41,151 bases of DNA from a virus. The DNA lies in the IMG/VR virus record IMGVR_UViG_3300045136_000406; one strand, written 5' to 3'. This document shows positions 1 to 6,744 of the stretch, in pieces; within the stretch, counting starts at the first letter, position 1; every line of letters begins with the position of its first letter. The notes below the pieces were generated by a model, which was given only the letters and a program-made list of their open reading frames with translations, ran no database searches and was not told the DNA's origin. Both the position numbers and the translations under genes were made by a program.

Positions 1-127
1 AGCATTTTGAGCATTTTCTGAGCCCGCCAGATCCCACGTCCCGACCCGTCCGCGACCGCGCCCACCCTCGACTAAAATGCTCCGGCCTGCCCGCGTGAGC
101 TGCGCGAGCTCGCGCCGCGCGCTGCTC
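1..127. repeat. Terminal direct repeat, copy 1 (identical to 41025..41151); indicates a circular sequence opened arbitrarily
   Basis: agcattttgagcattttctgagcccgcc...cgcgcgctgctc is present at both window ends, 127 nt, no mismatch seen by eye. Confidence 0.9.
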
Positions 128-1350
128 TCGGTGATCCCGAGCTCGAGCGCTACATCCTCCGCAGTGACCCGCCCGAGCCGACGCAGCGTTGCCACGACCT
201 GCTCGGGGAGGGCGAGCCGCGCCACCAGCGCCGCCACGTCGCGCACGTCCTGGCGGCGGAACGCGACGGACGTCGCCCGCCCCCAGGCGTCGGACTCGAA
301 CTCCACGCGCAGCCCGATCGGGGCGAATTGCCGCGTGTTGTTGCGTTTGATGTGGTAGAGGCCCAGATCGAGGAAATTGCTCTCGGCCTCCTGAGCATTT
401 CGAATTTCCCAGCTCACGCGGGCGTCCGCCATTTTTCGGTCGGCCCCGACCGCCTTCCCCGCCAGGCCCTGGCGCTGCCCATCCGCCGAGACATGGTCGA
501 TCAGCAGGTGCGCCACGGGTCCCAGCAGAGCGACGGCCTCGGCGTACTCGATAGCGATCGACTCCCAGCTCGCGTGCTCACCGGGTCCGCCCGAGAGCCG
601 CTGCACAGAGTCGTGGATCAGCGCGCCGTAGCCCTGCTCGGCGATCTGGCGCGCGAGGAACTCGGTGTGGTCGGACAGGCGCCGCCGCGGCACCCAGCGG
701 TCGACGGCGATCGGGGCAATGCCGAGCCCCGCGCAGACCGCGCGCACGCGCCCGTTGAAGACCTCGAAGGAGTCCTCCTTGTCGAGATAGAGCGGCCTCC
801 GCCGCTCGACCAGCAGCCCGCAGAATGGCAGCCCGAGCTGCATGCACACCGCGAGCGCGACCGACAGAAACCCCTTGCCGGCACCCCGCGGTCCGTAGAT
901 CAGGCTGATGCCGGTCTGCGCCACCAGCCGCTCGACGGCCCAGGGCGACTCCTCGGAGACGGGCTCGAGACCGCCAGCGCGGATCGGCTCGCCCTCCTCG
1001 CGCTGGCGGTCCACCGCGTCGCAGAAGTGGTTGAGCACCCCGAGCCAGTCCGCGGCCGGGATGCGCTGGCGGCCCTCCGGGTCGCGGCCGCACGCCAGCT
1101 CGAGGTGGCGCGCGAGCGTGGCGCGCGCGGTCGAGCTGGACAGGTTGGCGCGCGCGTTGTGGATCACGGTTGGCAGGCCGCTGCGGGTGCTGGTGACGCG
1201 CAGCCGCGCCGAGAGGTCGCCGCCCGACTCGCGCAGCCGGTCGGCCGCGAGCACGAGCCCCAGCGGCCCGAGGTCGAGCGTGTAGCCGAGCCCGAGCGGC
1301 GTCACCTCCGGCAGCGCCGGCCGCAGCGGGATCGGCTCGGCCGCGCTCAC
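1..1350 (-). CDS. RepA/DnaB-like P-loop helicase with C-terminal winged-helix; 5' part (450 codons), ORF continues across the window ends into 41024..40881
   Basis: Absent from the ORF track because there is no stop before the left edge. GTG at 1350-1348 overlaps the TGA of the upstream gene (GTGA). My translation is open throughout and contains LIYGPRGAGKGF (Walker-A-like), RPLYLDKED (Walker-B-like) and VTAEDVALELGITESSARRELAQLTRAG (wHTH-like). Confidence 0.6.
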   Translation of the reverse strand, partial: MSAAEPIPLRPALPEVTPLGLGYTLDLGPLGLVLAADRLRESGGDLSARLRVTSTRSGLPTVIHNARANLSSSTARATLARHLELACGRDPEGRQRIPAADWLGVLNHFCDAVDRQREEGEPIRAGGLEPVSEESPWAVERLVAQTGISLIYGPRGAGKGFLSVALAVCMQLGLPFCGLLVERRRPLYLDKEDSFEVFNGRVRAVCAGLGIAPIAVDRWVPRRRLSDHTEFLARQIAEQGYGALIHDSVQRLSGGPGEHASWESIAIEYAEAVALLGPVAHLLIDHVSADGQRQGLAGKAVGADRKMADARVSWEIRNAQEAESNFLDLGLYHIKRNNTRQFAPIGLRVEFESDAWGRATSVAFRRQDVRDVAALVARLALPEQVVATLRRLGRVTAEDVALELGITESSARRELAQLTRAGRSILVEGGRGRGRVGTWDLAGSENAQNA

Positions 1351-1985
1351 CGGTTCACCAGGGCGGCGCGCAGGTCCCGCGCCGGCGACTCGTCCAGGCT
1401 GATCCCCGCGTAGGCCGCCACGATCCGCAGCGCCTCGACGAACTGGTGCGGCTCGAGCCGCGCGCGGATGCGCGCCCACTCAATCACGTCCCCGCCCACA
1501 GCGCATCCGAAGCACCAGAAGTGGTCGGCCCACACCGTGAAGCTCGGGTCGGTGTCGCGGTGGGTGCCGAGCGGGCAGCGGGCGACCCAGTGGCGCGGCG
1601 CGTGGGGCGGCACCGGCCGCAGGTCCACGCTGCCGCCGTGCTGGATCAGCTCCGGGCACGGCACCGCCGCCTTGACGCGCGCGATCAGGGCGGGCGTCAC
1701 GCGGGCGGGGGCGGCGAGGGCGGTGGTGGGGCGGCGCTGGCGGCGCTCGGCCTCCTCCCGCAGCGCGTCGAGCGTGCCGCCGTAGTAGGCGGCCAGGGCC
1801 GCGCTGGGGGCCGCCTCCAGCTCGCGGGCGGCCCACTCGGCGAGCGCCAGCAGGTCGGCGGTCGGGGTGCGGCGGTAGAGCCGCTGGTGGCCCAGCAGCC
1901 GCGCCGCGGCCACCTCTGGCGCGTCTGGAGGCGTCCGCGGACCATCCTCCGCACGCAGGGCTGGCGCCTGGCCCTGCGCTGTCAC
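1347..1985 (-). CDS. DnaG-type CHC2 zinc-finger protein (primase zinc-binding domain only, no TOPRIM seen)
   Basis: 212-aa track ORF. C-terminal CPLGTHRDTDPSFTVWADHFWCFGCAVGGDVIEWA fits the CHC2 primase zinc finger. GTGA overlap with the helicase gene. Confidence 0.7.
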   Translation of the reverse strand: MTAQGQAPALRAEDGPRTPPDAPEVAAARLLGHQRLYRRTPTADLLALAEWAARELEAAPSAALAAYYGGTLDALREEAERRQRRPTTALAAPARVTPALIARVKAAVPCPELIQHGGSVDLRPVPPHAPRHWVARCPLGTHRDTDPSFTVWADHFWCFGCAVGGDVIEWARIRARLEPHQFVEALRIVAAYAGISLDESPARDLRAALVNR

Positions 1986-2025
1986 GAGACGGCCCGCCCG
2001 TAGTCCCCGATGAGAATGCGCGCGC

Positions 2026-2775
2026 TCACGCCCCCCGCTCCTGGCGCTCCCGCTCGGCCGCGCGCAGGTGCTCGGCGCACAGCACCCGCCCCAGCAGCCG
2101 CCGCCCCCGGCCCGCGATCTGCACCACCGTGCGCACCGTGCCGCGGCTGTCGGTGGCGTCCGCGAGCCGCTCGCCGCACTCCTCGCACAGCGGCGTCTCC
2201 AGCACCAGCGGGTCCGCGGGCGGAGCGGGGGCCTGGCCGTTCGGCTCGTCGCGCTCCCCGCCGTCCGCGGGCAGCGAGGCGGGCAGGCTCAGCCGCTCGG
2301 CGCCAGGGATCGAGTCGACCTCGCTCTCGTCGATCCAGCCCAGCCCGCACAGCGAGAGCGTGACGCGCCGCTTGGCCTTCGTGACGGCCTTCATGGTCGC
2401 GTTGGCGAGCGCCTCGCCGCGCAGCCCCGCCACGTGCACCGCGCCGACGTCGGAGTCCTCGCGGCCGCTGCGGTCGCGCGCGCTCACCGTGACCAGCACC
2501 AGGTCGCCCTGGAGCTCGGTGCGCACCGCGGTCACGCTCACGCCGCGGCGGGTGCGGAGCTGGTCCGCGCAGCCGCGCGTGGCATACAGCACCAGCCTCC
2601 CCGACAGCCGCAGGTAGTCGAACGGTCGGGTGAAGGGGTTGAGCCCGAGCGACTCGCAGGTGCGCAGGTAGAGCTGCACCCGCTCCCGCTCGCTGAGCGA
2701 CGCCAGGTCGCCCGCCACAATCGCCCGCTCCAGCGGGCCGAGCTCGGTCGTCTCCGCCATCTCCGTGTCCGTCAT
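2026..2775 (-). CDS. RecT-like single-strand annealing protein (putative) with Cys-rich C-terminal tail
   Basis: Internal ATG at 2775 (residue 195 of the 443-aa track ORF; the upstream part is R/G/C-rich junk). ATMKAVTKAKRRVTLSLCGLGWIDESE and LGLNPFTRPFDYL resemble the RecT core. ATGA overlap with the upstream micro-ORF. Confidence 0.5.
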   Translation of the reverse strand: MTDTEMAETTELGPLERAIVAGDLASLSERERVQLYLRTCESLGLNPFTRPFDYLRLSGRLVLYATRGCADQLRTRRGVSVTAVRTELQGDLVLVTVSARDRSGREDSDVGAVHVAGLRGEALANATMKAVTKAKRRVTLSLCGLGWIDESEVDSIPGAERLSLPASLPADGGERDEPNGQAPAPPADPLVLETPLCEECGERLADATDSRGTVRTVVQIAGRGRRLLGRVLCAEHLRAAERERQERGA

Positions 2776-2888
2776 CGCAGCACTCCCGAGGTGATCGCGA
2801 CCATCGCCAGCAGGGCCAGGCTGGCGAGCAGCCACAGGATCGTTGCGCCCGTCGGCCCGATCTCGTCGTCGCCGCGCCGCCCGCTCAT
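2772..2888 (-). CDS. Small membrane peptide (38 aa)
   Basis: MSGRRGDDEIGPTGATILWLLASLALLAMVAITSGVLR. ATGA overlaps at both ends (stop of 2885..3529, start of 2026..2775). Below the track length cutoff. Confidence 0.4.
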   Translation of the reverse strand: MSGRRGDDEIGPTGATILWLLASLALLAMVAITSGVLR

Positions 2889-3529
2889 GCGTCGCGTCCC
2901 GCATCGCGCCGCCAGGCATCGCCGCGCAGAATGCGCTGCACGTAGTCGCAGGTGATGCCGTAGCGGTCCGCCAGCGCGTGGTGGGCTTCGCCCGCCCCGG
3001 CGCGGCGGCGCATCTCGGCCACCTGGCTCGCGTCAAGCAGCCGCCCGCGCGGGATCCGCCAGTCGGGCGGCGGCGGGCGCCAGCGGCCCGTCTCCGGCGG
3101 GCAGGGCACCGCGCGGTAGCCGAAATGTCCCCCGTTCTCGATCCGCCAGCCCGCCGCGGCGAGCGGGGGCCGCAGTCGGGCGACGTGCACGCGCAGGTTG
3201 TGCCGCAGCGCCTTATCCAGCCAGTCGAGCCGCCAGACGGCGCGCACCAGCTCCTGGACGGGCACCCACGCCCCTGGCCGTCGCAGCAGCGGCACCGCGA
3301 GCGCCGCGTGCGTCTCCGAGAGCCAGTGCGGCGGGACCCCGTGCGCCTCGAGCACATCCGCCGCGGAGGCGGTGCAGCAGGCCTCCGCGCAGGCCGAGCC
3401 CGAGGCCCGCCCCGCGGCGAACGCGCGCTGCACCAGGGCGGGGATGGGGGCGCCCCGCCCCATCTCGCTGCGCCACCAGGCGCGGAGATCGTCGTCGGGG
3501 TCGCGGTCGGACGCGCGCTCGACGGCCAT
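2885..3529 (-). CDS. OmpR/PhoB-type winged-helix DNA-binding protein with an extra C-terminal HTH
   Basis: ATG at 3529 (residue 36 of the track ORF). VPLLRRPGAWVPVQELVRAVWRLDWLDKALRHNLRVHVARLRPPLAAAGWRIENGGHFGYR fits the Trans_reg_C pattern. C-terminal ALADRYGITCDYVQRILRG is HTH-like. Confidence 0.55.
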   Translation of the reverse strand: MAVERASDRDPDDDLRAWWRSEMGRGAPIPALVQRAFAAGRASGSACAEACCTASAADVLEAHGVPPHWLSETHAALAVPLLRRPGAWVPVQELVRAVWRLDWLDKALRHNLRVHVARLRPPLAAAGWRIENGGHFGYRAVPCPPETGRWRPPPPDWRIPRGRLLDASQVAEMRRRAGAGEAHHALADRYGITCDYVQRILRGDAWRRDAGRDA

Positions 3530-3669
3530 CACAGCGCCCCCCGCGCGAGCCACAGCAGCGCCCCCAGCGCCGCCCCGGCCAGCAGCAGCACGCCCAGCCA
3601 CGCGGCGAACTCGCCGCCCGGCTCCTCGTCCCAATCGCCGTCGCAGGTGGTGTGCGGTCGCTCAGTCAT
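3529..3669 (-). CDS. Small membrane-anchored peptide (46 aa)
   Basis: MTERPHTTCDGDWDEEPGGEFAAWLGVLLLAGAALGALLWLARGAL. ATG at 3669 overlaps the end of 3662..4012. Its stop shares one base with the next ATG. Confidence 0.4.
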   Translation of the reverse strand: MTERPHTTCDGDWDEEPGGEFAAWLGVLLLAGAALGALLWLARGAL

Positions 3670-4012
3670 GCGCGTCCTCCCGCTCGGCGCTGGCGATCGC
3701 GCGCTCGAATGCGTCGAGCACCTCGGCCTGGGTGCGCCCAGGCACATCGTTCCACCCCTCGACCTCACTGACTCTGACGCCCATCGCCTCGGCGAGGAGG
3801 AACCAGGCGTTGTCGAAGGCCGACTCGCGGACAGGCCGCTCCAGCGGATAGGCCTCATGCAGGGCCGCGATGGCGCACCGCTGCACGCAGTTGGGGGCCC
3901 CGAGCATGGTGGTATGCCCGTCGTCGGTCAGCGCATACGCGCCCTGGCACCAGGCGCCCTCGGGCTCGAGCAGCGCGCGGGCGGCGCGCAGCAGGTCGGC
4001 GATGTCGCTCAC
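3662..4012 (-). CDS. Hypothetical protein (116 aa)
   Basis: Track ORF with normal composition (MSDIADLLRAARALLEPEGAWCQGAYALTDDGH...). GTG start embedded in the conserved junction GGGAGGCCAGCCGTGAGC. Confidence 0.6.
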   Translation of the reverse strand: MSDIADLLRAARALLEPEGAWCQGAYALTDDGHTTMLGAPNCVQRCAIAALHEAYPLERPVRESAFDNAWFLLAEAMGVRVSEVEGWNDVPGRTQAEVLDAFERAIASAEREDAHD

Positions 4013-4251
4013 GGCTGGCCTCCCGCGTCGGCGGCGTCGGCCTCCGCGAACACGGCCTCCAGCTTGCGCACGACCGCGCGCAGAAGGCCGTAGTAGTCGG
4101 TGTCCAGCCGCCCGCGCTCGCGCCCGGAGGTCGCCACCTCGTGCCAGGCCGCCATCACGGCGTGTCCCGCCGCCAGCAGCGTGCGCAGCTCCACGGCGGT
4201 GAGCAGCAGCACCGCGCCCTCGTCGTCCTTGAGGTCGAGCGTGCGGCTCAC
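4009..4251 (-). CDS. Hypothetical protein (80 aa), cassette between junction repeats
   Basis: GTG at 4251 (residue 37 of the track ORF) inside the junction repeat. Ends ...DAGGQP with the TGA in the next junction repeat. Confidence 0.5.
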   Translation of the reverse strand: MSRTLDLKDDEGAVLLLTAVELRTLLAAGHAVMAAWHEVATSGRERGRLDTDYYGLLRAVVRKLEAVFAEADAADAGGQP

Positions 4252-4460
4252 GGCTGGCCTCCCGCCGCTTCCTCGAGCGCCTGGGCGGCCTGGGCGGCCA
4301 TCCGGGCAGCGGATCTCCAGTCCATCCACGGGCCGGGCGCGATGTTCGCGCTTGCGCACTGGATCACCGCGAGCGTCTGCACCGCGAGCGTCATCTGCTC
4401 CACCGCCTCGCGCAGGCGCGCGAGGTCCGCAGAGATGCGGAGAACGCCGTCATCGCTCAC
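4248..4460 (-). CDS. Hypothetical protein (70 aa), cassette between junction repeats
   Basis: GTG at 4460 (residue 92 of the track ORF) inside the junction repeat. Ends ...EAAGGQP. Confidence 0.5.
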   Translation of the reverse strand: MSDDGVLRISADLARLREAVEQMTLAVQTLAVIQCASANIAPGPWMDWRSAARMAAQAAQALEEAAGGQP

Positions 4461-4840
4461 GGCTGGCCTCCCGCCTGGGCCGCGTCGTCGAACGCGAGCT
4501 CGGCGTCGAGCACGGCCAGCTCGGCCGCCGTGGCCGCCCGCCGCGCCACCAGCAGCGCCCGCCACTCGCGTCTGCCCGACAGCGGGCTGCCCACCCGCTC
4601 CGCGATGGCGTTGACCCGGCCCCACATCTCCTGCGCGTGGGTGCTGGCCTCGGTGATGGCCAGCCGCAGCGCCTCCAGGTCGCGGGCGCGCTCCGAGGCG
4701 CGGGCGGCGATGCGCCGCGCCAGCGCCCCGCACGGGGCCACGGGCGGCAGCACCTGGGTCAGGTCGCGGGTGTGGTCCGACGGGCTGGCCGCGATGCGCC
4801 GCGCCGTCAGAATCGCCTGGGGAGCCTGTGCTATAGTCAC
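4457..4840 (-). CDS. Hypothetical protein (127 aa)
   Basis: Track ORF, GTG start preceded by ACGAGG. Ends ...AQAGGQP in the junction repeat. Confidence 0.5.
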   Translation of the reverse strand: MTIAQAPQAILTARRIAASPSDHTRDLTQVLPPVAPCGALARRIAARASERARDLEALRLAITEASTHAQEMWGRVNAIAERVGSPLSGRREWRALLVARRAATAAELAVLDAELAFDDAAQAGGQP

Positions 4841-4978
4841 GGTGACCTCGTTTCTCCGCGGGTCGTGGGCCAGGGGCGTCTGCCGCTCCTGGCCCCGTTG
4901 CGTGTCGCGCCGCCGACCGTGCAGGGGTCGGGTGGGGCGCGAGCGGTCAATGGGCGGGCGCCTCCCCGCGCGGCCCGC

Positions 4979-5494
4979 TCACCAGCGGCTCCCCGCCGCC
5001 AGCGGCGGAGCTGGCGCAGTCCCCATGAGCGCGCCTGGCCTGGGGCGCATGCGCACCTCCAGCAGGCGACGGCGGCGTGCCCCGCCCGGCTCGAGCGCGA
5101 CGATGGCGTAGCCGAGCGCATCCCAGAACGCGCGCGCCTCGAGGTCGGCCCCCACGCGCGCGCTCACGGCCGGGCGCTGGAGCCGATCCGCCATGCGCTC
5201 CGCGCGCGCCATGAGCGCGGCCGCGTACTCGCGCCGCCGGGCGTCGGGCTGCGTGCAGACCTGGATCACGCGCACCGCCGCGCCAACTCGGCCCGGCGAG
5301 GCGTAGAGGAATCCGACCGGGTCGCCCGCAGCCACAGCGATCCAGAGACGATCGCCGTGATGCTGCGTCTGCGTGACGATCTTCTCGTAGGCGGCCAGCG
5401 GCAGGAATCCGAGCGTCCCCGATTCGCGCCGTCGCAGTCCGTCCACGTAGGGGATGTCGGCGAGCGTGGCGTCGCGCACGACGAGCCCGCTCAC
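4979..5494 (-). CDS. GNAT-family N-acetyltransferase
   Basis: 171-aa track ORF. GNAT-like core WIAVAAGDPVGFLYA...VRVIQVCTQPDARRREYAAALMARAE...AFWDALGY. Bracketed by 31-bp perfect direct repeats. Confidence 0.7.
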   Translation of the reverse strand: MSGLVVRDATLADIPYVDGLRRRESGTLGFLPLAAYEKIVTQTQHHGDRLWIAVAAGDPVGFLYASPGRVGAAVRVIQVCTQPDARRREYAAALMARAERMADRLQRPAVSARVGADLEARAFWDALGYAIVALEPGGARRRRLLEVRMRPRPGALMGTAPAPPLAAGSRW

Positions 5495-5574
5495 CAGCGG
5501 CTCCCCGCCGCCAGCACGAGCAGCGCCACCAGGCCGAGCAGCAGCGCCAGCCGCAGCGCGTCGCGCGCGCTCAC
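5491..5574 (-). CDS. Small membrane peptide (27 aa)
   Basis: VSARDALRLALLLGLVALLVLAAGSRW. GTGA overlaps with both neighbours. Shares its last 7 residues and 3' nucleotides with the GNAT gene. Confidence 0.35.
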   Translation of the reverse strand: MSARDALRLALLLGLVALLVLAAGSRW

Positions 5575-5786
5575 GCGGGAATCTCCCCCGCCTCGGCCTC
5601 GCGCAGCAGGCGGCGCAGCTCCGAGCGCGCCACCCGGATCGTGCGCGGGCTGAAGCGCGTCGTGCGGATGCGCCCCTGCATCGCCCAGCGGCGGATCGTC
5701 CAGGGATGCACGCGCAGCAGCGCCGCCGCCTCGCGCACCGTCAGCAGCTCGGGGTCTCGGCTCGCCACAACGGCACCCCCTAACAT
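5571..5786 (-). CDS. Excisionase/MerR-type HTH DNA-binding protein, first gene of the leftward operon (Cro-like position)
   Basis: LLTVREAAALLRVHPWTIRRWAMQGRIRTTRFSPRTIRVARSELRRLL fits the excisionase-family HTH. The ATG at 5786 lies only a few nt downstream of the predicted -10. Confidence 0.75.
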   Translation of the reverse strand: MLGGAVVASRDPELLTVREAAALLRVHPWTIRRWAMQGRIRTTRFSPRTIRVARSELRRLLREAEAGEIPA

Positions 5787-5788
5787 TC

Positions 5789-5802
5789 GCTAGCATGCTA
5801 GC
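5789..5802. promoter_or_regulatory. Perfect 14-bp palindrome GCTAGCATGCTAGC (candidate operator) overlapping the leftward -10
   Basis: Read directly; self-complementary over all 14 positions. Confidence 0.5.
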
Positions 5803-5823
5803 ACAGTCGTCCGCCATGTGCAA
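5795..5823 (-). promoter_or_regulatory. Leftward sigma70-like promoter TTGCAC-17-TAGCAT
   Basis: Reverse complement of 5818-5823 is TTGCAC and of 5795-5800 is TAGCAT, with a 17-nt spacer. The predicted start is close to the ATG at 5786 (near-leaderless). Confidence 0.45.
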
Positions 5824-5834
5824 TCACCGCCCTA

Positions 5835-5863
5835 TTGCGCGTTATGTGCGCTATGCGTACAAT
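5835..5863 (+). promoter_or_regulatory. Rightward sigma70-like promoter TTGCGC-17-TACAAT
   Basis: TTGCGC at 5835-5840, TACAAT at 5858-5863, 17-nt spacer. GGGAGG SD at 5885-5890 precedes the GTG at 5899. Confidence 0.5.
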
Positions 5864-5898
5864 TGCTACGGGAGATCACGGATAGGGAGGCCGCCAAC

Positions 5899-6288
5899 GT
5901 GGACAGACGGTGGAGAGCCGCCGGCCTGCGCTGGCTCCGGATGCTGGCCGGCAAGAGCCTGCCGGAGGCCGCGCGGGCCGCACAGGTGCAGCCCGGCCAG
6001 GTGAGCGGCTGGGAGCTCGGCTACCGCACGCCGAGCACCGACCAGCTCCAGGCGCTCGCGGACTGCTACGGGATGGAGCTCGAGACGTTGCTGGGCGCGC
6101 TCGGCTACCGCGTGTCGAGCTCGGCGCGCAGCGTGCGCGACTGGTACGCGAGCCGGAATAGCCTGGCCCGCGGCGCGAACGGAGCGTGCGCCCCCGGCCC
6201 TGCTAATCCGGAGCACAGGGAGGAGCCGCCGCGGTTAGCGAATTCGTCTGCCGGCATGCGGCGGGCGCTGGTCGGCGCGCGCGCATAG
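5899..6288 (+). CDS. XRE-family HTH regulator (CI-like position)
   Basis: GTG at 5899 (residue 28 of the track ORF) after a GGGAGG SD. LRWLRMLAGKSLPEAARAAQVQPGQVSGWELGYRTPSTDQLQALADCYGMELETLL is a typical HTH_3. Confidence 0.75.
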   Translation: MDRRWRAAGLRWLRMLAGKSLPEAARAAQVQPGQVSGWELGYRTPSTDQLQALADCYGMELETLLGALGYRVSSSARSVRDWYASRNSLARGANGACAPGPANPEHREEPPRLANSSAGMRRALVGARA

Positions 6289-6425
6289 GACGCGCGGCCG
6301 TCAGATCGCGCGAATTAGGAGCCACAATCGCCAGGGTCAAGTCGCGACAACGTCAAGCGCGTGCGCTATCCTCACTCTCGCCCGGAGTAGGTGGGGAGCT
6401 CGCTCCGGGAGAGAGGGGGCTCGAG

Positions 6426-6590
6426 GTGCAACTGGCGCGCGCGCGTGACTACCACCTCTCGGTGCTGGGGCAGCGGGGACGCAGCCCATTCACGATCAGG
6501 CTCTACGGGGGCGTCGAGACGCGCTTCGTGGATTTCCTCCGCCGCGAGCTCGCGATCGAGCAGCCTCGGCCAGCGAGCGCGCGGGCCTGA
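6426..6590 (+). pseudogene. Remnant of a tyrosine recombinase: N-terminal SAM-like core-binding segment only
   Basis: My translation VQLARARDYHLSVLGQRGRSPFTIRLYGGVETRFVDFLRRELAIEQP... then TGA at 6588. Resembles the Phage_integrase N-terminal SAM-like helix bundle. No catalytic R..HxxR..Y domain anywhere in the window. Confidence 0.4.
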
Positions 6591-6670
6591 TGCTTCTCGC
6601 CCAGCCCGTGCGCCTCGCCGACTGGCGCCGCTAGTCCAGACATTGTGACACGAATCACCCCCGCGATCGC

Positions 6671-6699
6671 GTGCACAATAGGACATTGTGTGCTATTAT
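6671..6699 (+). promoter_or_regulatory. Possible extended -10 promoter (TGcTATTAT) with inverted repeat CACAAT-N5-ATTGTG
   Basis: TATTAT at 6694-6699 preceded by TGC; weak -35 GTGCAC. GACATTGTG occurs twice (about 6638 and 6682). Upstream of the GAGGAGGAGAGG SD and the ATG at 6745. Confidence 0.3.
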
Positions 6700-6744
6700 G
6701 CGTGTGTGAGGAGCGCGGCCCGATGGTTGCGCGAGGAGGAGAGG

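Noticed and set aside
328-1413. 361-aa plus-strand ORF, plus the overlapping 171-, 125- and 88-aa ORFs in other frames (both strands), across the left end
   Set aside because: R/A/P/G-rich, low-complexity translations typical of off-frame reading in high-GC DNA. The minus-strand frame that runs off the window edge gives a coherent P-loop helicase instead.
4841-4978. Possible promoter (TTGACC) and hairpin (GGGCCAGG-N13-CCTGGCCC on the minus strand) in the gap after the GNAT cassette
   Set aside because: No acceptable -10 at the proper spacing. The hairpin has a long loop and no T-run, which is too weak to call.
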